A stretch of 56,984 bases of DNA, the filler included, from Dugesia japonica (lineage: Eukaryota): assembly GCA_001938525.1 (NCBI GenBank). It is 3 parts of 3 records of this genome, joined end to end, with 100 filler letters (N's around TTAATTAATTAA, not from the genome) between each part and the next. Parts side by side here need not be neighbours in the genome. Positions count along the whole stretch, not along the records: positions 1 to 30,589 come from MQRL01642434.1; positions 30,690 to 43,422 come from MQRL01498701.1; 1 more part is not named here. One strand, given 5' to 3'. Of this stretch, positions 23,278 to 35,760 are shown in pieces; within the stretch, counting starts at the first letter, position 1, and each line of letters opens with the position of its first letter. The position numbers and the translations under genes were made by a program. The notes beneath the pieces were generated by a model, which was not told the origin of the DNA, ran no database searches, and was given only the letters and a program-made list of their open reading frames with translations.

Positions 23278-23949
23278 ATTGAAATTTGTTTTTACTTTTT
23301 TTTACATAATATTTGAAAATTTCACAAAAAATCAATTTTAATATAATATATATAATAATTAAAAAAAACCTCTCAGATATTTAAAATCTATGAATTATTC
23401 TTACAATTTATATTTCATTTTAAATTTTTTTTTAACTATTTTTACTCAAAATTTAAATCTTCAAATCACCAAATAATTAACTATTTAATATTACAATTTC
23501 TTTTGCACAAATTCTTTTTGTTTTAATGTACAAATAATTTTCATAATTTGAACAATAAGAAATCGATGTCATTGATAAAGGTTTTTCACTCTTCAAACTA
23601 CCAAAATAATATTTTTGTATTTTAATATTTTCAACCAATATTAATTTAGGAATTAATTAAGAATTAATACTAATTAATTAATTTTTTTTAGAATAAAGTT
23701 TTTAATTAATTGTAATTTATTTTTCCAATTATATTTTTATTACTAATTTCTTTAATTATTTCATTTTCATTTTATTTTAACTTCATGAATTTATAATTTA
23801 ATATCAATTAATATTAATAAATTAATAAATAAACAATTAAAAATTAACAAAATTTAACAACAAAAATATTTTGATAAGTTAATTTTCTTTTGTCGTTATC
23901 GACTATTCTTGGAAAATGTAAATTATATTATTTAAATTTATTAAATATA

Positions 23950-26720
23950 AGCCAGTGATACCAAAAGTTTTATGGTTCACAGCGTAACTAATTTATCAAA
24001 CGTTTTCTACGAAATCAAAATATTGGTCTATTATTATAAATGTATATTATTTTGTCTAATTCTAGAGCCATTATTGCAGCATATGAATGTTCTCGTATCA
24101 TTTCGCAACTACAGCTTTTTTGAGCACAATCTAAAAATCTATAAAAACTAGAAGTATTAGTGTAGCTCACTTCAATTTATTTATTGGCTTAGATGCTGAT
24201 TTTAGAGATTTATTGCCATAAGTTTTATCTTTTAATTTTTAATTAAGCCTTTAGAATGTATTCCATTTTTATTTGCATACATTTCAGCTCTTTTATTGTA
24301 TAGTTTTATTACATTTCTTGTCAAATTGTAGATAATATTAAATGGATACTGCTTTCTTCTTTTAATAATACTTGCGTTCATAGACTCAACATTTGAAATT
24401 ACATGTTTATAACTATGGACAAGAAACGCATAGCTGGCCCATTTTTCTTTTGGTATTTGCTAAAGTATTCTTTATTTTTTAGAGCCAGTTTGGTGGTAGC
24501 TATTTCTAGTTTTGACGTTTTGTTCGATGTGGTACACCCAATATGAGTGGCTAGCGTTTGGACACTCTAGATTCACTGCTCTTTTTATGGTCTTTTCTCT
24601 GTCACTGATAATCACGAAATCATTAAAATTAAATAGCTCTAAAACCTTTAAAAGAGAAGACACAAAAATATACCATTAATCAAAATTTTTAATTGGTGCA
24701 ATAGCATAAGATAACATCAATGAATTTCCATTTCCATTCATTATGACAGCCATTAGAATTAGACCCTTATTAGCTTCAGCTGTATGATATGCATCTAATG
24801 CTGTAAGAGGAAAGGTATTTATAAGAACTAAAACAGACACGCTTGGACACATAAAACCGTAATGAAATTTTCCGTTTTTTATAATCTATTTCGTTTAGTA
24901 CTGACTTAAACTTCTGTGTAAATAAATATGCCTTGATTAGACCATATGTTTTTAATTCTTCAGTTATTTGATTTATTTTAATTCTGTTTATCGAATTAGA
25001 TGCTATTTAATGAGATGTTTTAACATTAGTGTCTCTTTCAAGGACTCTTTAGGTTTAAAAACCTCAATGTTATCCTGTAATTCAAGTATTTTTTATTCAA
25101 CTAAAAGTCCATTTAAATTAAATTTACCTNGAATGCAAATATGAGGAGCTAACGTTATTTGATGGAATTGATTGTCAACTCTTCTAATCTAGTATTTGAC
25201 GGATCCAGGAATTTTTCATGGTGGGGGCGATAAAAATAAGTAAATCATTTATTATGTAATCAACCGGGAATTTAATTTTTGTTTAAATGAAATAAAATTA
25301 ATGATTTTTCTTTAAATTTACTAAGAAAAGTAATATTAGAAAAATAACAGAAATAAATGAAAATAAACTACCACTTAAAGAAATAATTTCTTACAGAAAA
25401 TAAATAATAGTAAAAATTTTGCCTGAAATGAATGAAAGAAATAATTAATAACGAAAGTATTAGACATGCAGAAATAATTAATAAAAGTAGTATATTGCTC
25501 AAAAAGAGAAAAGAATTAATGAAAAATAAATATCGTTCAGAAAATAAAATGAACTAATATTCAAAGAGAAAACAGAATTCATTAAATAAAAAAAATATAA
25601 AGACATTAACGTACAGAACTACAACAAAAGAACACAAAGTTGTTAGAGCTGTACACAAAGTTGAAGGGATGTGACCTAGCTCTATCGCAAACCAATTATA
25701 TGATGGCAGACATAATCAAGGTATACGCCAACCAAGGAGTATTAATCGTAACGATTTAAACACTCCCAGGTTTCTCAAATCGACGACNAGGTCACAAAAG
25801 AAGATAAGGGTAAGAAGATAATATGTTATAATTTTTTATAAATAAATCTTTAGTTAACTGAATTACGATTATATCTCACGAAAGGAATTAAGATAAAGAA
25901 CCGTCTATAACAAAGGAAATTAACTGTAATCGTAAAGAATGAAGTATAAAGACGGGATACCGCATAGTCTGAAATGGACTTAAAGTATATGCCATAATAC
26001 ACGAGGTGTTTTGGAATTTATGCCGGCTTCGGGGTATCTACCAACATAAGATATTAACACGAAGAAGAACAATATAAAGAAGAATAGCAATAAAAACAAT
26101 CAGGACAAAGCGTCCACAAAAAACTAATAACATAAAAAACCTCGAAGCCAAACACATTTGTTCGTTAGAGAATTTTATGCTGAGTAATAATAACGCGGAA
26201 AAACGTATATCCAAGGAAATAAATAGAAATGATAATTAAAACAAACAAGTACAATTATTATTTAAGGTTAATTTTTATTATAAAATTTATTTAATTTATA
26301 ATTTTTAGTATTTAATATTTTTACACTAGTTAGATAAATCCTAAATTACTAAACCACTTTGTCGGTGGAGGTGTGCGCCACTTTCTATTTACTTTTTACA
26401 ATCATTTTTATAATATTCAATTGAATTTTTTAGATAAAAAATAGTTTTTTATTTTTTTTTACTTTCTCATACTACTATCATAATATTTATGTGGGTCTGT
26501 CGTTCCTTATCGTTATATAGCCTTTCCTAAATTCGTTTATGGAAGGGCGATTGCCTCCACTGTGGATCCGCCCTTGCTCTAGAAGTACATTCAAACACAG
26601 CACAGCACGCATTTAGAATTTTGGTGCTACTTTCCTTATTTTATAGTTTCCAAACACTTCTGTGCTATAAGATATTAGACAAACGTTAACAATAAATGTA
26701 TCTGAATGCTAAAAAAGCAT
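23950..26720 (-). pseudogene. MULE/MuDR transposase pseudogene, split by an insertion at 25195-26576
   Basis: ALDAYH..KGLILMA..NGNG..SYAI...W, IISDREK.I..AV...P.A.H..VYH, SNVESMNA, and a SWIM-like CSC..H. The N-terminal C..C/H.C part continues beyond the insertion. Confidence 0.8.
25195..26576. mobile_element. Non-autonomous hAT-like TIR element
   Basis: Ends ..GACGGATCCAGGAATTTTT..GGGGGCGA and GGGCGATTGCC..TGGATCCGCCCTTG; flanks ATCTAGTA / CTCTAGAA look like an imperfect 8-bp TSD. Confidence 0.55.
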
Positions 26721-27966
26721 TCATTAATAATTAAATTCATCGAGGGATTATCAAAAACAGTTTATAATTTTCTTTGTATTAATTAATTAAAAAATAAGAC
26801 ATCAAGGTTTCTTATTAGGTAGAAACTTCAGCACTGCCACAATCCCCCTCCGAAGAAAATCCTTTTTGCGGTGTAGGAATTTACTTGTATTTAGTGGAAC
26901 GATAATATGTATGCATATGATTACGTAATAGCAGCTTAAGATTTTATTTGTATTCAGTAAGAATGATTTGATAACATAACTTTTGCTCGTATTTTTTGTG
27001 TGCCTAGTTCATATTTTGTCGAGATTTTTACATCAATCGATGGAGAATTTTTTGAAAAACTATTTTCTTCTCAAAACTTGAAATCATCATGTCCATTAGA
27101 TAAAAACCTTTCTGCTGGTCATGATAGTTATATTTAAAAAGTTATCTCAGATGACATAAATGAGGTTTTGTTATGAAAAATTTCGGATTTAAGCTCTCAA
27201 AGCTCTGTGCGCAGATAACAGCAATGTTTTCAAATTTAGTACCATTTAACTCAGTAGAGAAAACTGAAATAATAAAGTTAAAATATCATCTCGACAAAAA
27301 TGCTTCCTAACGAAGATAAAAATATCCTCGGGAATCTATACCCTGCCCTGTCAATATAAGCCATGATGCAGCCAATAATGATGCCCTGCTCATTGGCTTC
27401 ATTAATTTAAATAAGAAACGCTCTTATGGAACCATATTTAAAAGATGTAGACTTAACCTGCAATTCAAATAAAGATTCGCCTAATCCTTTGAATATTTCT
27501 GACATACTATCTGCTCTTAATGCATGGTTCTCTGAATCTAATAACATATCTAAGCTTTCATCTTCCAAGGATAATGTTTCTTCTGCTAATAGCAGTTTTA
27601 AATCTTCTATTTATGAAATTCCTAAGATACTAGTTGCTGAGAAGTCCAAAATAACACAGATGATGATGATGAATGGTATATATTTTATTGAAAAAGGATA
27701 CATATAATTAAAACATAGTTTAAATGACAAATACGCCCATATAATATATTACGTAATCAATAATATTATATTTGATCTATTATGTAATAATTAATTTTTA
27801 GTTGCTATGCTTAGTAAGAAATCATCCATTGGGGAAGAGGATGAGCAAGACAAAACCAGTGTGTTATTATCAATTGTATTGTATTCTCCTGATGCATTAT
27901 TTAAATTAATATCTGTTCAAGCCCAACAAATAAATAATTTGAATTGTTCTAATATTTTGTCTATAA

Positions 27967-28034
27967 TATTAGTTTTATGTAAATAGTTTCATTATTATTA
28001 GTTTTATGTAAATAGTTTCATTATTATTAGTTTT
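27967..28034. repeat. Short tandem duplication (~29 bp unit)
   Basis: ATTAGTTTTATGTAAATAGTTTCATTATT is repeated. Confidence 0.85.
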
Positions 28035-30589
28035 AAATTTTATCAGAGTAATAATAGATAGGAAACATTTCATAATTTATAACACTTACAATTTACAAAT
28101 CCTTATTTATGAAGTTAAAATTTACTTACTAAACATAAATTTTATTACAGTTAATGCGAAACAAAAATTCATATTACAGTGGCAGCCACTTAATTGAAGC
28201 ATAGAATCATCAGTCCTGTCGCCAATTTGGGCGAAAATATGAAAACAAAATTTATCTCTAGAAGGAACCGTTTTTCCATAGTAGACTTTTACAGTGGACC
28301 TGTATGGACAGTTTTTTATTCTGAGTAGAATAATACCAAATTCCAAGCTACACAGCAATTTGCAATTAGTTAAATATAAAACTAAAGTTCTGGTGCCAAT
28401 CTTTGATCAAACAAAGTCGAAATCAGGATATTTTTCAACTGAAATGTGATGACAAATCACAAAGCAAAAGCAGGTGATTTGGTGCGCACTATATTTATGA
28501 CACAGATAGAATTCTTTCTTTCTCTGATTATTCACTTTATTTTCTTTCTCTGATTTGTTCACTTTATTTTTTTCTTATTTTGTCTTATATCACTATGTTT
28601 CTAATGAGCAAATGTATCTTAAATTTTTTCAANNNNNNNNNNNNNNNNNNNNNNNNNNNNNNNNNNNNNNNNNNNNNNNNNNNNNNNNNNNNNNNTTTTT
28701 ATCTTCTTTATAACTACACTTTATTTCTACTTTATTTAAGTGTAAACGTTCTATCACCATATTTGTCAGTACTTTTTCTTCATGAATTTAAATATTTTAA
28801 ATNTTTGATTGTTTTTTCTTTTGTATTTAAATGCCCTTTGCAACCTAACTTAAAATTGTTTGCTATTTTGTTGTTTTTATATAGATTTCTAACATATTTT
28901 CATTGTGTATTCATGATTTCTGACTATTGTTCTTCCTTTGACTTCAAAATACGTTTCACTTCTACTCAGCATAACAGTTTTGGCATTAATTTGTCTGTGA
29001 TTCAGTCTGTGCTTAACGCAACCATCGTGATAAAGAAATTCACACTTGCCATCATAAGAATCTGCATAGTCTTGTCTAGAAAGAACTGTCAATTTCACTG
29101 TGGACAAGTTAATTGCACTGACTTAGATATCTCTGCTATAAAAAATGTCAGAGATGGTGAATAAATTCAATGAATAAATAATTAATATGAATAAATTGAA
29201 ATGGTTCTCCTTCCATATTCGATTCCTTGTGCCATCTTCTCTTAGTGTCTTCTTTTTTATGTTATTTTCTCTACAAAACACGATGTAAAGTTTTGGGGAA
29301 GATTTTCCGGATTAAAAGACAGCCTTTGTTTATCGTTGATCAGTTTCTGTGGCATTTGAGTATCTAAGTCAAAATTTTATTAAATTTATTCAAATCCAAA
29401 AAAAATAATAAATCCCGTTTTAATATTATTTAAAGTAAATATTTTAAATATAGTTTCCTTGAAATTTTTTCTAACTATTATTGGTTTATTTTGTGAAAAT
29501 TAGTTTTCTTTCAATTATTTTAATTANNNNNNNNNNNNNNNNNNNNNNNNNNNNNNNNNNNNNNNNNNNNNNNNNNNNNNNNNNNNNNNNNNNNNNNNNN
29601 NNNNNNAATTTCAAATAATCTATATATTGAATACCAATATTTTACAATCGTCAATAAGTTAACAAAACAAAATTAAACAGCTGCAAAACAACAAATTTCA
29701 TTGAACAATAATCAATAATTCTATATTGTCAACATGAATAAATAAAGATTTTTCACAAATGAATAATTAACAAAAACATCATCCGATGTTGTAATGCGGG
29801 AGTTAAATATTTATAATATCGACGGAAATAGTAGAAGATGATTAATCAAACAATTAGCAATAGAAAATTAATTCCCATTTATGAAACAGTTGAAATCAGT
29901 TTTACTGGATTTGAAGAAAGATTAAGATGGAAGAAGAAGTAGCAGAAACCAAACCTTTTACATTGGCAGAGATTGCCAGAGAGGAGAGAAAATTTAGAGA
30001 ATATCAAAACAAAAATAATACAAACTAAAATGAGATAGCATCAAATGACACCAGTCAAGAAAGTTACGTATATGAGGATCATTTTTACGAAAATGTAAAA
30101 TGATGCCGAATGTAAGATACAATGCTTATAATGAAGGACATATTCTAAGAAATTGTAATAATTGTCATCGATCAGGAACGTATAAAAACCATGTTATTTC
30201 AAAATTGAATTTGAAAGAGATCAACACAGAAATTGATTTAATAGAAAAATTCAGCGAGAAATGAATGCAAATGGTAATCAATACAATTTTTATGCTAACA
30301 GAGAAACAGAAATAAATATTGTGGTAAGGTATTTGTATTAAGTAGAATAAAAATTTCAGATTTGAGAATTATTCTAGAGAAATTTTCATAATTGAAAAAC
30401 AAGTTAAATTATATTACATTTTATATCAAGTGGGAATATACACAGCTCAAAGTAAAACGGAAACAATAAGTAAATTTGAAAGACTGAAATGTATAAAAGG
30501 TTTGAGAAGTATTTTAAGATTATTATTGAATATTTACTACAAATATGAAGAAAATCTGGAATTTTAGAGATAATATTTAGAAAAGGTAA

Positions 30590-30689
30590 NNNNNNNNNNN
30601 NNNNNNNNNNNNNNNNNNNNNNNNNNNNNNNNNTTAATTAATTAANNNNNNNNNNNNNNNNNNNNNNNNNNNNNNNNNNNNNNNNNNNN
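30590..30689. other. Artificial scaffold-joining linker (44N-TTAATTAATTAA-44N)
   Basis: Exactly 100 bp, symmetric, with stops in all six frames; an identical structure occurs at 43423. Confidence 0.92.
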
Positions 30690-30839
30690 TATATATATAT
30701 ATATATAACATACATGTCTGAGCTACAGTTCAGACATGAGATTAGATAGAATAAGAAAATTTGTAAGAAAAAATCCTGAATATGCAATCAATGTCTTTTC
30801 ATGTAAGGCAAATTGTTAGGTTAAGATTCAACTACAATC

Positions 30840-33800
30840 TATTACAAATATTTATTAAATATCAAAATATATTGAATCAGCTCTGATTCATTGATATATA
30901 TATTCTGACTTTTTGTTAGTGTTTTCAATGCATAGTATAATACTTGTTTCTCTCCATCTTGTACTTGAGAAATTATAGCGCTCATAGCGTTTTGAGAAGC
31001 ATCTGCATCGAAGATATATTTTGGCAAAGCTAGCACTGGGGTTCTATCAACGTTTTACGTAGCTTGTAAAAATATTCTTTATTTTCATCTGTCCACTACA
31101 ATTTGTTTTCTTTTTTTAGCATCGAACCGAGATATTCTTATAAATTTGCATTATTTTTTATGAATCGCCTGTAATAATTACAAAACCTTTAAATTGTATG
31201 AATTTCTTTTCGACATCGAAGAATCTCCCATTTTTGGATTGCCATTATTTTATCAGGATCTGTAGCAATTCCATTTTTAGTTATTATATGTGCGAGATAA
31301 TTTATTTTTTAGTGTAAAAATTTGCATTTATTTGGTGCTAATTTAAGTCCAGCTTCTCTTGTTCTCCTTAATATCTGATCTAGCTTTTCATTGTGCTCTT
31401 CTACAGTTTTTTCAAATATTAAAATATCGTCTAAATATATTACGCACTTTTTCCAATTTTCATTTCGCAATACAATATTCATAAGTTACTGAAATGTCGC
31501 TGGTTCTGAGCATATTTCAAATGGCATTCTGGTAAATTTGTATTTTCCAAACTTTGTGGTGAATACGGTTTTTTCTGATATTGTTTAGCTATTGGCACTT
31601 GATGATATCCACTCGAAAGGTCTAGAGTACAAAAATAGTTAGCTTGAGTCATACTGTCAAATATTTCATCTGATGATAATATTGGAAATATTGCTCAGTT
31701 TGTTTTAGCATTCGGTGCCTTGTAGTCAACACACATGCGGTTATCATCGTTTATCCTTTTAACCACTACAATTGGCAAGCTCTATGAAGAAGTACTGGAC
31801 TTTACAACATCAGCAACTACCAAATCTTTTACCATATGTTCTAATTCTTCTCCAAGTCCTTTTGGTATTCTTCGTGGCTTGAAAGCTATTAGTCTACTAT
31901 TAGTTATTTCTATTTTATGCTCGATCATATCAGTATATTGTCAGTAATTTCTTCCTCTGCTCTTTGTTTCTCAGAAGATAATGTCTGAGTTATACCTTTT
32001 CAAACACTTCTTCATTTTGATTAAACTCTTCTACATATTCGAGTGTAGCTCCAGTAGAAGAGTTTTACATCTGCCTTCTAACATATATACTGACCTACAT
32101 GTATTAATTATTATCGATTGTAATTCCATCTGTTACTAAAAATTTCTGCATGACCATTTCCTCTTTATCTCAAGTAAAAATCCATTCTTTACTCGTGTCA
32201 TAAGTAATTCTCTGATCTGAGTGGTCCATTATTATGTCTTTGATAAAATATTCACCAATTCAACGTACATCTACGTTTTCAGATACCTTAATTCTATAAC
32301 ATTGATTATCATTATAAATCTCACGAGTCTCTGCTTTTTCTAATCCCGTATTACAACTCATTAACACGATCTGTATTATTTTTTTATTGACTCAGGTAGT
32401 ACTGTTTTTTTTAAAAACGGACTCTTAACATTCTGTATTATTCTTTCATCATTAGCTGCATCCACGATCATTTTGTATGTTTTCATGCTTTTTAATCCAA
32501 TATATAGATGTGGAAATATATTGGGCATAATATCAAACACGTGTGCTATCAATACAGGTCTAATTGACATATATTTAATTGTATCTTACCCAAACGTTCT
32601 TCTGTTGCACTATTTGCGCATGTTACTTTTTTCATAGATTTAAAACGTCTTACAGAAGGGTTCATTTTACAGATATGCTGGGCTAGTTCCTGGCTTATAA
32701 CATCCAAATCATCACTCGTGTCAAACATAGTTTTCACTGGTATCCCTNCAACCTGATATTCAACAATTGGTTTATTTTTTGCTTTTTTCTGGCCATGACA
32801 TTGATAATAGTGCTGGTTCATATGTTTCAAGGGTTTGCCTTGGTTGTGGTCTATTTCCTTCGATAAAATTATTAAAATTATCTTCGAAAGACGGTTTAAA
32901 TGTTTTTATTAATTCAGCATATTTCTGAATGTTTCCAGATGATTTATTTTTACTTATCGTATTCAATTGATCGCTTTAATCATCTTCTTCCGATTTTTTA
33001 TTGTTTACAGATACTTTTTGCACTTATTCTTCGGATTAGTATCTTAAATTGCTTGTTTTATTTGCAGTTTCTTATAAGATGGTCGCTCCCACATCTGAAA
33101 CATTTTTGATATTGCAGTCTCTAGCTATATGGCCTGTTTTTCCACATGTAAAGCCTGTTTTTGTTTCTTGTCTAACCACGGTTATCCATTTTTGTGTTTT
33201 TTTCTAAACATTGTGCATTATTATTCCTATTTTTATAATTCAGATTTGGTGTACAAGATTTGTAATTGTGTCTCCTTAGTTCAGCAATTTCTATTTATAG
33301 TTTTTCTATTTCAGTTTTCAAATTCTTTATAATTTCATTCTCTTAGCGTATATTACATAATACATTATTATTCGTTTCATAGTCATCTGTCATCTTTTCA
33401 TCTTTTATACTTTCTACTGCCTCTTCCTATGATTTTGGTTCAAATATGTTTGGCATTTGACAATTTGTATGTCCCAAGCCAATAATAAATGATTTTACCA
33501 CGATTTCCTCTTTCTTTTAAGATAAAACGCTGCTCTCAATACGACTATGCTTAGCAAAATCCTTTATTCTTTCTTCTCGATTTTTTATTAATTCAAGTAT
33601 CGGCATAGCTTGGTTAATTTTTGATGGTTTAACATCCAGTAAATTGATAAGATGTTTTTTCAAGTAATCGATATCTACCTTTGTACTCTCAAAGCTTGAA
33701 TCACATTTGTTTTCTTCATCAAGTTGTCGTCAAAATCTTTATAAAATATTGTAATTCTCTCTTCTGCGGTAATGTTACAATGAATCGAATAAGTTGTTAA

Positions 33801-34113
33801 ATTCTTTGACGTTTTTCAGGTGTTCTCGAATATTGACTGAATTTTCATTATCTTTTCTGAACTTGAACAACTTAGCTTCCTTTTCTTTAAACATAAATTT
33901 CTACAAGAAAAGTATCTGCTCATTTGACACCATGCTATATAAACTTAGATATTAAATAATAAAATATTTAACAAGTTAAAATTATATTAACCATAAAATA
34001 GCGATATTAAAACCAATTAAATTCATTTTAATATTTTTCAATATTTGATTTTAAATATTCAATAATTTGAATTTAGATATATTTAAATATTACTATAATT
34101 TAAATATATAACG
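30840..34113 (-). mobile_element. Small Ty3/Gypsy LTR retrotransposon, 3'-truncated (5' LTR, PBS, gag with two knuckles, PR, RT, partial RNase H)
   Basis: LTR at 33933-34113 next to PBS TGGTGTCA (33925-33932); CGKTGHIARDC knuckle; PR-like MFDTS; RT LDLSSGYHQ, RMPF, YLDD; RNase H DADASQ.A.SAIISQ. Confidence 0.88.
33933..34113 (-). repeat. 5' LTR of the small Gypsy family
   Basis: Highly similar to 40538-40698 and abuts the PBS. Confidence 0.85.
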
Positions 34114-34321
34114 TGACATTAACAATCTATATAAATGGACTCTTTGTCAAAAATTACCATATAAAGACTTTGATTGAGTACATACTGGTTTCGAATAAGT
34201 ATTTCAAGATTCTAAGACAATGGATTTGGAGGCGTTGTTCTACGGATACATTATGGAAGTAGACATGGTTATTCCAGAAGAAATTCATGATTATCTCAAG
34301 GATCTACCAGTAGCAGCAGCA

Positions 34322-35760
34322 TTTTGAAGCGCTCTAAAAATTTTGATGGCAGTACAGGATAACCAGGATACGATCAGACAATTAATTAAGAACATCATAC
34401 ACGCTCCAAACAGCAGTCTCAGTAATTGCTTTTTTTACGTTCCCTCTAAACTTGGTGGATTAGTTTTACTACCTTCAATCAATGAGTACTATATTCAAAG
34501 TAAAGTAAATGCATTCCGGATCCTCAACTCTCAAAACAATTGTTTCAAAGTGTTTACAACTAGAGAACTTGAACACACTGGAAAACACAGATTCAGACTG
34601 AGCACATATTCGACTGAGAAAAGCCTAGACTGGCTTCACAACACTATTCTACCTCACCATAAAGCTGATATTACTGCATTCTAGTGGACCAGAGTAAGGA
34701 CGTCAATAAAAAGACTAAAAGATGCTCATAAATTCAAATTGCTCTTCTTTATTGAAGAGAATGAAATAGTCCTGAAAATCACTGGACTGAATAATTACAA
34801 CTCCTCTCTCAATATACTGATCTATAACAGTTCAAATTCTAAGTTGTATGATGTTCTTCATACTAACTTTGGGATGAAATATTTACACAAATGGAAAAGT
34901 CTTTTTAAACAAGGTCTTCAAGCAACCTGTCCAGGCTTATCAGACTATGATCACTAATTTATGAAAAACGTAAACCATTCTGAAAGCGATTACCTCTTCA
35001 TTTTCCTAGCAAGAAACAATCTTTTGAGAACTAACTACAATCCATACAGACTAAAGAGCAGCATACCAATTCATGTGGTACTGAAGCTAAAACTCAAACA
35101 CACATATTCAACCACTAATCCGCCATGAAGAATCAAAGGTACAATAAACACAATCGTGTAATGGAAAAGATTGCAGCACAAATTAGAAAATGGAACTTTG
35201 ATGTAGAAATTGATTCATGTTCACAAGGCTTCGTAACGAAGCTCAGATCTGATCTCATGATCAAAAGTCACAGAAATGCAAAAATTCACATTCTTGGCAT
35301 CCATGTTCCATATGATTTTATTACAAGTTTTCGCAAAAGTTAGCAAAGATAATAGGAAAAATAATGACAACATCAGAATTGAAATTATCTCAAAGTTACA
35401 CAAAGAGGTTACACTTAATGCTGTTGTCACTGACACGTTAGGCTCATGGGACCCCTTTAATCAAAAGCCTCTAAACTAAATTGGTCTAACCTAGAATAAA
35501 GAAAATCTCGAAAATATCAATCGAAAGAGTAATCAAAGGGAGACATTATATTTACTTAGATCATATGATCAATGAGGCTAAATTCCCCTCAATTCAAAAC
35601 TAAACTTTGTTTAGACTCAGATGCTCAAGAACTTAATCAAATTGATTTTTTTCTGAATAACCAAATTTAAAAAAGAAATTTGATTTCGGATTTATTCAAA
35701 TCATTTAGAACTTATTTTAGAGTATTTACCCACAAATTGATTTATAGATAAATGTTTTTT
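34322..35760 (+). mobile_element. 5'-truncated non-LTR retrotransposon with restriction-like endonuclease (R2/NeSL-like group)
   Basis: FYVPSKLGGL (post-RT), ARNNLL, CG...TQTHIFNH knuckle, KHNRV, KLRSDL.I....I...VPYD, LGSWDPFN. It sits between two collinear polB segments. Confidence 0.82.

Noticed and set aside
29700-30589. Coding-like stretch as the upstream part of the Polinton
   Set aside because: It is separated from polB by an artificial linker and has no recognisable motif.
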